NCBI GenBank assembly: GCA_035937095.1
Contig: DASYVN010000183.1
Span: 1 to 58,051, forward strand
DNA from: Candidatus Limnocylindria bacterium
Lineage (GTDB): Bacteria; Chloroflexota; Limnocylindria; P2-11E
DNA: 58,051 bases
Direction of reading: 5' to 3'
In this document: in pieces, positions 18,485 to 26,984 of the stretch
How the letters are laid out: each line of letters opens with the position of its first letter
How positions within the stretch are numbered: the first letter of the stretch is position 1
Program-made: the position numbers and the translations under genes
Notes under the pieces: generated by a model
Told to the model about the DNA's origin: nothing
The model's input: only the letters and a program-made list of their open reading frames with translations
The model's database searches: none

Positions 18485-19850
18485 GGCCGTACTCCTTGAT
18501 CTTGGCGTAGAGGAGGCGGCGGTAGATGCCGAGCATCTCCGCGGCCTTCGAACGGTTGCCGTTCGCGTCGCGGAGCGCCTTCATGATGAGATCCTTCTCG
18601 AACTGGGCGACGGACTTCTTGAAGAACGAGCTGTCCCCCTTCTCCTCGCCGCCGTCACCCTCCTCACCTTCGGCGGCGTCGTGCTCCCCGAACGGCAGCT
18701 CGCGGCTGGTGATGATCTGGCCGCGGGAGAGGACGACGGCGCGCTCGATGACATTCTCGAGCTCACGCACGTTGCCCGGCCAGTTGTATTCCATGAGCCG
18801 GCGGATGGCCTCTTCGCTGATCGCGGCGGGCTGCGCCGTCGCGCTGTAGCGGTGTTTCGCGAGGAAATGCTCGACGAGCGAGGGGATGTCCTCCTTGCGA
18901 TCGCGCAACGGAGGCATATGGATGTTGATGACGTTGAGCCGGTAATAGAGGTCGTCGCGGAACTTCTGCTGCTCGACGCTCTTCTGCAGATCCTTGTTCG
19001 TCGCGCAGACGATCCGGATGTCGACCTTGATCGGCAGGTTCGAGCCGATGCGCTCGAGCTTGCGCTCCTGCAGGACGCGGAGGAGCTTCGTCTGCGTCGG
19101 CACGGTCATCTCGCCGATCTCGTCAAGGAAGATCGTGCCCTTGTCAGCCATCTCAAAGCGGCCGCGGCGCTGGGTCATCGCGCCGGTGAACGAGCCCTTC
19201 TCGTGACCGAAGAGCTCGGCCTCGAGGAGCGTCTCGGGAAGAGCCGCGCAGGAGACCTTCACGAGCGGACCGGAGCGCCGGTTCGAGTTGAAGTGCAGCG
19301 CCTCCGCGACGAGCTCCTTGCCGGTGCCGCTCTCGCCGGCGATGAGGACGGTGGCGTCGGCCTTCGCGACCTTGCCGATGGTCTTGTAGACCTCCTGCAT
19401 CGCGGGTGAGTTGCCGACGATCCGCTCCGTCTGGACAAGCGTGCTGATCTCGTCGCGCAGGACCTCAACCTCTTGCGTGAGGTCCTGGTAGGCGAGGACG
19501 CGCTTCACGCTGTGCGAGATCTTGTCGAGCTCGAACGGCTTGGTGATGTAGTCGAAGGCGCCGAGCTCCATCGCGCGGATCGCGGCATTGGAGCTGCCGA
19601 ACGCCGTCATGATCAGCACGGCGGTCTTGGGGTTCGTCGACTTGAGGCGGGCAAGCGCTTCGATGCCGTCGAGCTCCGGCATCCGGACATCCATGATCAC
19701 CAGGTCAGGGCTCGATTCCTTGACCTTTTCGACGACCTCGATGCCGGTGGACGCCTCGAGCACGCCGTAGCCTTCGTCGGAGAGAAGCTGCTTTAGGAGA
19801 GAGCGGATCGAAGCGTCATCGTCCGCGACGAGTAGGGTCTTTTGCGCCAC
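18456..19850 (-). CDS. Sigma-54-dependent response regulator (NtrC family: REC + AAA+ + Fis-type HTH)
   Basis: 464 aa. The REC domain has DDD...D (VIMDVRMPELDG)...K. It has Walker A GESGTGKE, the GAFTGA variant EKGSFTGA, the Walker B IFLDEIGEM, and a C-terminal HTH (NRSKAAEMLGIYRRLLYAKIKEYGL). Confidence 0.92.
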   Translation of the reverse strand: MAQKTLLVADDDASIRSLLKQLLSDEGYGVLEASTGIEVVEKVKESSPDLVIMDVRMPELDGIEALARLKSTNPKTAVLIMTAFGSSNAAIRAMELGAFDYITKPFELDKISHSVKRVLAYQDLTQEVEVLRDEISTLVQTERIVGNSPAMQEVYKTIGKVAKADATVLIAGESGTGKELVAEALHFNSNRRSGPLVKVSCAALPETLLEAELFGHEKGSFTGAMTQRRGRFEMADKGTIFLDEIGEMTVPTQTKLLRVLQERKLERIGSNLPIKVDIRIVCATNKDLQKSVEQQKFRDDLYYRLNVINIHMPPLRDRKEDIPSLVEHFLAKHRYSATAQPAAISEEAIRRLMEYNWPGNVRELENVIERAVVLSRGQIITSRELPFGEHDAAEGEEGDGGEEKGDSSFFKKSVAQFEKDLIMKALRDANGNRSKAAEMLGIYRRLLYAKIKEYGLEGYPPKGR

Positions 19851-19990
19851 TGTCTGTACGGTTCCTTCCCAGGAGCAACGGGAAAGTCGGCCACGCGACC
19901 CCTAACGCTCCCCAGAGTTGCCTCAGTTGTCCCGCACAGCGTACAGGTTGTCAAGTTCGGCGGGCGGTGAAGCAACCCAGGGCCCGTAGG

Positions 19991-20007
19991 TGACCGACTT
20001 TCGGTCA
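19991..20007 (-). terminator. Hairpin TGACCGA-CTT-TCGGTCA overlapping the MFS stop codon
   Basis: A perfect 7-bp stem. It includes the TGA at 20005-20007. Confidence 0.35.
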
Positions 20008-21714
20008 GGCGACTTCGCTGACAGCCGGAACGAACCGCGCGGCGAAGACCGCGGTCGCGAGCGTGAGCCCACCAGCCGCAAGGATGAGCGGCGCAGGTCC
20101 AACGGCATCAGCGAGGGTGCCGCTGACAAAGATGATCGGAAGCCAGCTCAGGTTCGTGATCGCGATGCGGGCTCCGAACACACGCGCGCGCATGTCCTGC
20201 GGCGTTCCTTCTTGAAGGATCGTCACGGTCGGAACGTAGTAGACGATGTTCGTAACACCGAGGAGGGCGAACAGGGCGAGGGCAACAGGGAACGACGGCG
20301 CCAAGGCGATCAGCATGATCACCGCGCCCGTACTTGCGAAACCGATGATCAGCAAGCGGCCCTTGCGGACCCGCGACAGTGACGCGGGCAACGTAACGCT
20401 GGCGACGACTGCACCGAATGCGATCGCCGCCTCAGCGGCCCCGTACTCGACGGCGCCGATCTGCACGTCACCCGAAGCGAAACGGCCGACGAGGAACGCC
20501 GGCGTCAGACCGTTGATTACCGGATTGGAGACTTGTCCGGCGAGCGAGAACAGCGTGTTCGACCAAAGCGTCGCAGATCGCCGGAGGAAGACCAGGCCCT
20601 CGCGCGCGTCAGCGAGCAGGCCTAACCACGTCAATCGATGGGATGTCTCCGCGACGACGACACGTAATAGCAGCAGCGCCGAGATCGCGAAGGTCGCGGC
20701 GTCAACGAAGAACGCGTTCTCTCCGGCCGTCGCGACCAGTACGCCGCCGGCAAGCGCGCCGCCGATCTCGACCGCACGGTCGGACGCAGTCACCAGCGAA
20801 TTGCCCGCGGCCAGACGGTCAGGCGACAGAAGCGCGGGAATGATCGCGATACGAGCCGGGCCGAAGACGGCACCACAGACACCAGCCAGCAGAACGACGA
20901 CAAACACCAGAGCGAGAGGCGCCTGCAGACCCAGAAGCACCGGGATCGTGCTGATCAGTGCGGCACGGATGATGTCGCACCACAGCATCGCGCGGCGGTG
21001 CCCTACGGCATCCGCCACTGCACCTCCGAAGAAACCGAATACCGCGTTCGGGATCGTCGCGATCACGACCGCGACCGCGGTGAGCAACGCGGAGTGGGTC
21101 TGCCGATAGGTCACATACGTGAGGGCGACGAGCGTGATCGGATCACCGAACCGGCTGATGACCTGTGCCAACCAGAAGAAGGCGAAGTTCGGCGATCGGA
21201 CTTCGTAGCGCGTCAGCTCGCCTTCGACCGGCGACTGGAGCCACATGAACGGAATGAGGAATCCGCCAAGCGCGATCAGGAAGTCGCCAACGCTGTAGAC
21301 GGAGCGGACCACTCCGACCGGAACGATGTCACCCAGGAACGGCAACCTCGTCCCGGGGCCCATCAGCGTATGGAGACTGTCGGTCGGCGGTGGCGCTCCG
21401 ACCGCACTTACGGTCGCGCCGTCGTACGGCATTCCAGAGTTGAGAGCGACGACCAAAATGTTCATCGCGGTGCCGATCGCGATCAAGCTCGCGCCAGGAA
21501 GGCGCCAGTTCAGCGCCGCCACGGCAGCGATGCCGACAAGAGCAACGAGGTAAACACCGAGTGGCGCGGCGGAGCTGAGACTCGCAACGAGCCTGATGGC
21601 AGACGCGACGATGAGGAGCGGCCAGAACCGGAGCGAAAACGTTGCGAGCCTGCGCCAGTCGCCACCGAACGCGATGGCCGCGGCGATGCCTGCGGCTACA
21701 CCGCTAGCCAGCAT
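20005..21714 (-). CDS. Fusion protein: N-terminal DUF5317-like membrane domain (~170 aa) plus a 12-TM MFS transporter
   Basis: 569 aa. The N-terminal part resembles DUF5317 (NILVVALNSGMPY...LPFLGDIVP...SVGDFLIALGG). The remainder is MFS-like (FFWLAQVISRFGDPITLVAL...). The start overlaps the HD-GYP stop by 11 nt. The DUF5317 call is from memory of that family. Confidence 0.7.
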   Translation of the reverse strand: MLASGVAAGIAAAIAFGGDWRRLATFSLRFWPLLIVASAIRLVASLSSAAPLGVYLVALVGIAAVAALNWRLPGASLIAIGTAMNILVVALNSGMPYDGATVSAVGAPPPTDSLHTLMGPGTRLPFLGDIVPVGVVRSVYSVGDFLIALGGFLIPFMWLQSPVEGELTRYEVRSPNFAFFWLAQVISRFGDPITLVALTYVTYRQTHSALLTAVAVVIATIPNAVFGFFGGAVADAVGHRRAMLWCDIIRAALISTIPVLLGLQAPLALVFVVVLLAGVCGAVFGPARIAIIPALLSPDRLAAGNSLVTASDRAVEIGGALAGGVLVATAGENAFFVDAATFAISALLLLRVVVAETSHRLTWLGLLADAREGLVFLRRSATLWSNTLFSLAGQVSNPVINGLTPAFLVGRFASGDVQIGAVEYGAAEAAIAFGAVVASVTLPASLSRVRKGRLLIIGFASTGAVIMLIALAPSFPVALALFALLGVTNIVYYVPTVTILQEGTPQDMRARVFGARIAITNLSWLPIIFVSGTLADAVGPAPLILAAGGLTLATAVFAARFVPAVSEVA

Positions 21715-23068
21715 GGGCGTCGCGAACGATCGGCTCGCGCGCCAACCGACGGCGAAGCTCGGCGAGGGTTTCGTAGTTGATCGGAGGCAAGTCGCTCACT
21801 TCGAACGCGCCGGGTCCGCGTTTCTGAAGCAGCTGTTCGAGGGCGCGGACCACCGTGGCATCGAACTGAATGCCCTTGTACTTGGTCAGCTGGTCCATGG
21901 CCTTCTCGTGGCCGATCGCCTTCCGGTAGATACGATCGGACGTCATTGCTTCGTAGGCGTCGGCAACGATGATGATGCGGGAACCGAGAGGGATGTCGTC
22001 GCCTTTGAGCCCTTCGGGGTACCCACTGCCATCGAAATTCTCGTGGTGGTGCAACACCATCTGAACGAGCGGACGTAGTGCTGCCGAGGGCTCAAGGATC
22101 GACGCACCATAGATCGGATGCCGACGCATCAACTCCTGCTCGTCGGCGTCGAGGCGCATCGGCTTCATGAGGATCCGGTCCTCTACGCCGATCTTGCCGA
22201 TGTCGTGAAGCAAGCCAGCGAGCTCGATCTGTTCGATCTGCTTCTCGGTGATGTGCATTTCTCGCGCGATCGCACCTGCGATCCGCGACACGCGGTCTGC
22301 GTGGCCTCGCGTGAACCCGTCCTTTGCGTCGATTGCTTGCGAGAGCGCACTGACCGTACCGAAGAACAGCTCGCGGGTCTCGGCGTACTTGCTGAATGAG
22401 AACCGCGCCAGGTACAGCGGGACCATGAACAAGAAGGCTGCCCAGAGACCAACCTTCACGCCGATCTGCGCCATTAGCCAGCCGACTGGAACGAGCGCGA
22501 CGAGTCCTGTCAGCACGTTGCTGATGCTTAGCGCCCATACACGCCCAAAAGGCGTGTCGGTGCGGAGACTAGCGAGGCTGACCGCGAGGATCATGTTTAC
22601 GAAACTGAACGCGAGCCCCGCTAGACCGATCTGCGCAACGGTTCCTAGAGGGTCATCGGGCCTCACGGCATCTTGTGTCAAACGCACAGCGACCCACGCA
22701 CCGAATGTCGCGAGCACGTAGTTAGCCCGGTTGTAGAACGTGCCCCATAGCGGGATTTGTCTCCGGAGGTCCCGAATCTCGATCGTGCCTAACAGAGCAA
22801 TCCAGACAATCGCGAAGGGATTCGGCAGGCCTGAGTCGAAAACGGCTGCGATGAGCGGCGCTGTTGTCGTGTGCGCCACGATCCCGCCCGGCAGGCGTAC
22901 AGGCAAAGCGGCGAGCGCGAAGGTGATCGCTGCCCAAAAGAAAATGCGCCCCAGGTCGACGCCAACGGGCGCAGGAAACGACGCTGCCACGATCACGGTC
23001 GTGGCGGCCAAGAGCACTAGGTAGACAAGCCACCTGACTTTTGCTGGCACGCCGAGTGGGTCGAGCAC
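21704..23068 (-). CDS. Membrane-anchored HD-GYP domain protein (putative c-di-GMP phosphodiesterase)
   Basis: 454 aa. A polytopic N-terminal half is followed by HDIGKIGV...HHHENFDGSGYPEGL...ADAYEAMTSDRIYR (HD and GYP motifs). Confidence 0.88.
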   Translation of the reverse strand: MLDPLGVPAKVRWLVYLVLLAATTVIVAASFPAPVGVDLGRIFFWAAITFALAALPVRLPGGIVAHTTTAPLIAAVFDSGLPNPFAIVWIALLGTIEIRDLRRQIPLWGTFYNRANYVLATFGAWVAVRLTQDAVRPDDPLGTVAQIGLAGLAFSFVNMILAVSLASLRTDTPFGRVWALSISNVLTGLVALVPVGWLMAQIGVKVGLWAAFLFMVPLYLARFSFSKYAETRELFFGTVSALSQAIDAKDGFTRGHADRVSRIAGAIAREMHITEKQIEQIELAGLLHDIGKIGVEDRILMKPMRLDADEQELMRRHPIYGASILEPSAALRPLVQMVLHHHENFDGSGYPEGLKGDDIPLGSRIIIVADAYEAMTSDRIYRKAIGHEKAMDQLTKYKGIQFDATVVRALEQLLQKRGPGAFEVSDLPPINYETLAELRRRLAREPIVRDAHAG

Positions 23069-23074
23069 GGGCGG

Positions 23075-23080
23075 AGAATA
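23075..23080 (-). promoter_or_regulatory. Candidate -10 box TATTCT, 6 nt upstream of the HD-GYP GTG (leaderless mRNA)
   Basis: The minus strand reads GCG-TATTCT-CCGCCC-GTG, with no SD. The same TANNNT-N6-start geometry is seen at five other genes in this window. Confidence 0.35.
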
Positions 23081-23126
23081 CGCGAGCGTCTCTGATCAAC
23101 CCGTATCTCGCGGGGACCGACGCATC

Positions 23127-23153
23127 AATAAACGAAAAGAGAGCCTCCGGCTC
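23127..23153 (-). terminator. Intrinsic terminator: GAGCC-GGA-GGCTC followed by TCTTTTCGTTTATTG
   Basis: A short GC stem plus the only clear T-rich tail in this GC-rich window. It lies 46 nt downstream of the 25-codon ORF. Confidence 0.45.
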
Positions 23154-23198
23154 CCTTCCCGCGCGCTTCTTATGCGCCTCTAGAGGACGCTAGGTGAC

Positions 23199-23276
23199 CT
23201 AGATGCCTGAGACGCCGGCGCCTCCGCCAAGGACGAGCGCCGCAAGCGTGGCAACAGTTGCAATGATCCGACGCAT
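23199..23276 (-). CDS. Unannotated 25-codon ORF: MRRIIATVATLAALVLGGGAGVSGI (signal-peptide-like or single-TM mini-protein)
   Basis: Below the track's size cut-off. The ATG is preceded by GGGAGG with a 6-nt spacer (GAAGGGAGGCTCAAAATG). The ORF is followed by the terminator at 23127-23153. Confidence 0.45.
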   Translation of the reverse strand: MRRIIATVATLAALVLGGGAGVSGI

Positions 23277-23416
23277 TTTGAGCCTCCCTTCGCCGGAGCT
23301 TCGACAGGTAACTCGGCAGGCAAGGGGGCAGGCTTAAGGGGTGCCCGGCCTCTGAAACGGGACGGAAATATGACCGAAAATCACGAAGTCGCCGTTCCGG
23401 CCCGATTTGGGCCTGG

Positions 23417-23746
23417 TTAGAGCCTTTCGTATCGCGCAACGTCCAGAACGAACACCGTGGCCCCGCCGAAGGACACCTCGACGGGATACGGCATGTAGAA
23501 CTCGCCAGGTTCCATGATCGGCGGCATCGGGTTGATGAACTGCTGCCGGGCGTGACAGGTCTCTCGGATCACCGCCAGGACGTCCTCAACCTGGGGCTCC
23601 TCGACGCCCACCAGGACGGAGGCATTGCTCTGCTTCAGGAAGCCGCCGGTCGAATGAAGCCGGGTGACGCGGTACTCCTTGTCGGTGAGCGCATCGACGA
23701 GCGCGCCCGCGTCCTCGCCGTGAACGATCGCGATGACCAGCTTCAT
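23417..23746 (-). CDS. darA: PII-like cyclic-di-AMP receptor DarA/PstA (YaaQ, DUF970)
   Basis: 109 aa, collinear with B. subtilis YaaQ (MKLVIAIV...RVTRLHSTGGFLKQSNASVLVGVEE...YPVEVSFGGATVFVL). The ATG overlaps the tmk stop (ATGA). Confidence 0.85.
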   Translation of the reverse strand: MKLVIAIVHGEDAGALVDALTDKEYRVTRLHSTGGFLKQSNASVLVGVEEPQVEDVLAVIRETCHARQQFINPMPPIMEPGEFYMPYPVEVSFGGATVFVLDVARYERL

Positions 23747-24393
23747 GGCGGCGTGAGCGTAGCAGCGGGCAGCAGGCGCTCGACCTCTTTCCGGACGTCC
23801 GCGGCGACGGCCTCGACGGCGCGATCGGCACGGATCACGGCGAACCGGCGCGGTTCCGCGGCAGCCAGCTGGCGGTAACCCTCGCGGACGCGCTCGTGGA
23901 ACGCACGCGCTTCGGACTCAAAGCGATCCCACGCTCGCCCGGGCTTCCTGGTCGCGGCGCGTTGCTCGGCGGCCTCGACCGGCAGGTCCAGCAGGAGCGT
24001 CCGATCCGGACGGACGTCGCCGACGGCGAAGTCCGTCACGGCACGCAGCTGCTCGAGATCGGCCCCGTGCCCGAACCCCTGATAGGCGAGCGTCGAGTCG
24101 TAGAAGCGGTCGACGATCACGATCTTGCCCGCGGTGAGCGCCGGGCGGATGACGTCCCGCACGAGCTGCGCGCGCGCCGTGCTGTACAGCAGCGCCTGCG
24201 CGTTCGGCGCAAGCGGGATCTCCTGCGCGTGCAGGACGATGTCACGCACGCGCTCGCCGACCGGCGTGCTGCCCGGCTCGCGTACTGAGACGACATCGTG
24301 GCCCGCCGATCGCAGCCATTCAGCGAGGCGCTGCGCTTGAACCGATTTGCCTGAAGCCTCTCCGCCCTCGAACGACAGGAAGAGGCCGCTCAC
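23743..24393 (-). CDS. tmk: Thymidylate kinase
   Basis: 216 aa with the P-loop FEGGEASGKS and the motifs DRFYDSTLAYQG and LLDLPVE. The GTG overlaps the upstream stop (GTGA). Confidence 0.9.
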   Translation of the reverse strand: MSGLFLSFEGGEASGKSVQAQRLAEWLRSAGHDVVSVREPGSTPVGERVRDIVLHAQEIPLAPNAQALLYSTARAQLVRDVIRPALTAGKIVIVDRFYDSTLAYQGFGHGADLEQLRAVTDFAVGDVRPDRTLLLDLPVEAAEQRAATRKPGRAWDRFESEARAFHERVREGYRQLAAAEPRRFAVIRADRAVEAVAADVRKEVERLLPAATLTPP

Positions 24394-25907
24394 CTATGGA
24401 TCTGGACGCGGCGGTAGGGCTCGTGACCGGTGCTGCGCGAGCTCAGATTCGCGCGCTCGATGAGCTCGTGCTGCAGCTTGCGCACGTACGCGTTCTGCGG
24501 CTCGAGCTCGACCTCGTCCCGGCCGCCATTCGCGACGGCGTCGATGGCCTCGCGAGTCTCGTCCAGCGCGTCCTCCTCGGGCCCACGCCGGAGCTCGAAG
24601 ACGCTCGTGAGCGCGCTCGCGATCTGCGACGACGAATTGCTCCGCGCGACGTAGATCGGGACGCCGTTCGACTCGGCGTCGCGCAGGCGCGGCGTCTTGC
24701 GGCGGTAGTAGTTCTTCAGCGTGATGACGACGTCGGCATCCTCGGGCTCGCGTACGATCGCGACCGGCAGATCCAGGCCCCGCGCGGCGTCCTCGAGGCG
24801 CGACCACGAGATCCCGAAGGGGTACACCTTCACCGTCTCGCGGACGCCCATGGTCGACGCGCGCGGTGTGCTCCGGCGCTCGACGGCCTCGGCGGGCTCC
24901 CGCGAGGCCCTGCCGCTCGACACCTTCACGTCGCCGGATCCGTCCCGCTCGCGCAGCTCCGGCGCGACCGGATTCCCGAGCAGCACGGCGTCGACCGTGT
25001 GCGCGACATCGTGATAGATCGCGACCTTTTGATAGCCCTGGATCTCCACGAGCACTTGGAACGTCGGCGGGGCTTTCCGCTCGAGCACGGACTTCTGGGT
25101 GCCGCGCCGGCGCGCTTCTTCGTCGGAGAGTGTCACCGTCTGGATGCCACCGATCAGGTCCGAGAGGGTCGGGTTGAGCATGAGGTTCTCGAGCGTGTTG
25201 CCGTGCGCGGTGGCGACCAGCTGCACGCCGCGCTCGGCGATCGTGCGGGCCGCGCCGGCCTCCTGCTCCGTACCGATCTCGTCGATGACGATGACCTCGG
25301 GCATGTGGTTCTCGACCGCTTCGATCATCACCGCGTGTTGGAACGACGGTGTGGCGACCTGCATCCGGCGCGCGCGGCCGATGCCGGGATGCGGGATGTC
25401 GCCGTCGCCCGCGATCTCGTTCGACGTGTCGACGACGACCACGCGCTTGGCGAGGTCGTCGGCGAGGACGCGGGCGACCTCGCGCAGCAGCGTCGTCTTG
25501 CCAACGCCGGGCCGGCCGAGCAGCAGGATGCTCTTCCCCGCCTCGACCACGTCACGGATGATCTCCATGGTCCCGTACATCGCGCGGCCGACGCGAAGCG
25601 TGAGCCCCACCACCTTGCCCGCGCGATTCCGCAGCGCGCTGATCCGGTGCAAGGTCCGCTCGATGCCGGCGCGGTTATCGCCGCCGAACTGACCGATGCG
25701 CGAGATCACGTACGCGAGGTCTTCGGCGGTCACCTCGCGGTGCGACAGCTGCTCCTCGCGGCCGGCGAAGCGTGCCTCGGGGATCCGGCCGAGGTCCATG
25801 ACGATCTCGAGGAGACCGTTGAGATCCGCGAGCGCGCGCACCCGTTGGCATAGGTCGGGGGGAAGAGCATCCAGGATCGCGTCGAGGTCATCTCGATCGG
25901 TCGTCAT
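24390..25907 (-). CDS. AAA ATPase with a C-terminal R3H-like nucleic-acid-binding region (Ycf45/SpoIIIAA-like family)
   Basis: 505 aa with Walker A GRPGVGKTTLLRE and Walker B VIVIDEIGT, then ATAHG, and a C-terminal region ending SSRSTGHEPYRRVQI (R3H-like). The family call is by resemblance. Confidence 0.75.
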   Translation of the reverse strand: MTTDRDDLDAILDALPPDLCQRVRALADLNGLLEIVMDLGRIPEARFAGREEQLSHREVTAEDLAYVISRIGQFGGDNRAGIERTLHRISALRNRAGKVVGLTLRVGRAMYGTMEIIRDVVEAGKSILLLGRPGVGKTTLLREVARVLADDLAKRVVVVDTSNEIAGDGDIPHPGIGRARRMQVATPSFQHAVMIEAVENHMPEVIVIDEIGTEQEAGAARTIAERGVQLVATAHGNTLENLMLNPTLSDLIGGIQTVTLSDEEARRRGTQKSVLERKAPPTFQVLVEIQGYQKVAIYHDVAHTVDAVLLGNPVAPELRERDGSGDVKVSSGRASREPAEAVERRSTPRASTMGVRETVKVYPFGISWSRLEDAARGLDLPVAIVREPEDADVVITLKNYYRRKTPRLRDAESNGVPIYVARSNSSSQIASALTSVFELRRGPEEDALDETREAIDAVANGGRDEVELEPQNAYVRKLQHELIERANLSSRSTGHEPYRRVQIHR

Positions 25908-25970
25908 CTCACGGTACTACGCGGAGCGGAGCATATCGAGGACCAGTCCCGTATGCCGCCGGGCAACGGG

Positions 25971-26981
25971 CTAGCGCACCACCGCCGGCGCAAGCGCCGG
26001 CTCCTCGATCCGCACGGCGAGCTCCTTGACGAACAGCATGGCCGTCGCGACCTCGCGGAACCCTTCGGAGAGCAGCGCCCGAGCGACGTGCTCTTCATAT
26101 GAGCGCACCGGTGACGTGATCGGCCTGCCGCTCGGCAGCTCGAGGGTCGTCGCTCGCACGACATCGCGCGCGAGCTCGATGTCCCCGTCGACGGACCGCG
26201 CCTTCACCACGTGGGGGTGGGTATCCAGGCCGCGGAAGCTCACCCCGAATGCACCAAGGCGCGGCTCGGTGCCCACGACCATCGCAGTCTCGCGACGCAT
26301 GGCCAGCGGATTCCCGCTCACGAGGAACGGCGGATCGAAAGCACCCGCGCGGCGCCCGATGTCGAAGTCCTCGACCGTGAGCTGCTCGGCGCGTTGTACT
26401 GCGTGCGGGGTCGTCGCGGCATAGAACCGGAAGAGGTCGTGCGCGTCGCGGGGGCGCGCGTAGTGGCCATCGAGCGTGCGGGTCGGAGCGCGCAGGGGGG
26501 CGCGCGGTGCCGCGTACCAGGTCTCGCGGGTGTACGAGTAGAAGCCGGCTTGGAAGAAGGTCTCGCGCGCACGCGCGGTGCCTGCCGCAGCGCTGAGCCC
26601 GGCATCGGCGACCGCGCCGAAGAGGCGCAGCTGGCCATGCTGGGCGGCCGACGCCGAGATATGCGACAAGAGCTTGACCGAACCTTCCGCCCCACCCGGA
26701 TCGGGCGCGGCGGCGAGCGCGAGGATGACCCATTCGGGGCGCCGGCCGCTGTAGATGAGCGCGACCGCGCACAACCGGCCGCGGTATTCCTCGACGTACA
26801 GCCGCAGCCGGCCCCGCATTCCGAGCGTCCCGGGCAGCAGCTTCCACCAGCCGGCGAGCGCGCTCGAGACGAGCGGCTGGGGCAGGACCGAGCCGAGGAT
26901 CGCATCCGGCTCACGGCTCGCGTTCGTGAGGAAGCGCGTCACGCGCGGCAGATCCGTCAGCATCGCGGGACGGACCGGCAT
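25971..26981 (-). CDS. Hypothetical protein, probable GNAT-like acyltransferase fold
   Basis: 336 aa with a GNAT-style N-terminus (VRPAMLTDLPRVTRFL). No clean acetyl-CoA motif is seen. Its ATG lies 3 nt after the pdxT stop. Confidence 0.5.
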   Translation of the reverse strand: MPVRPAMLTDLPRVTRFLTNASREPDAILGSVLPQPLVSSALAGWWKLLPGTLGMRGRLRLYVEEYRGRLCAVALIYSGRRPEWVILALAAAPDPGGAEGSVKLLSHISASAAQHGQLRLFGAVADAGLSAAAGTARARETFFQAGFYSYTRETWYAAPRAPLRAPTRTLDGHYARPRDAHDLFRFYAATTPHAVQRAEQLTVEDFDIGRRAGAFDPPFLVSGNPLAMRRETAMVVGTEPRLGAFGVSFRGLDTHPHVVKARSVDGDIELARDVVRATTLELPSGRPITSPVRSYEEHVARALLSEGFREVATAMLFVKELAVRIEEPALAPAVVR

Positions 26982-26984
26982 GCG

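Noticed and set aside
19874-19893. TGGCC...TTGC (minus strand) upstream of the activator gene as a sigma-54 promoter
   Set aside because: The GG-to-GC spacing is 4 nt too long compared with the TGGCAC-N5-TTGC consensus.
23277-23416. Possible riboswitch or structured leader (for example c-di-AMP or c-di-GMP class) upstream of the 25-codon ORF
   Set aside because: I could not recognise any known riboswitch core by eye and found only short stems. It is kept as something to scan with Infernal, not as a claim.
23170-23439. 89-aa minus-strand ORF in the darA/HD-GYP intergenic region
   Set aside because: Its start lies inside darA, it has no SD, and its sequence is Arg/Cys-rich and odd. The 25-codon ORF in another frame has far better translation signals.
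24396-25853. 485-aa plus-strand ORF
   Set aside because: It is antisense to the R3H/AAA ATPase gene, with the same compositional artefact.
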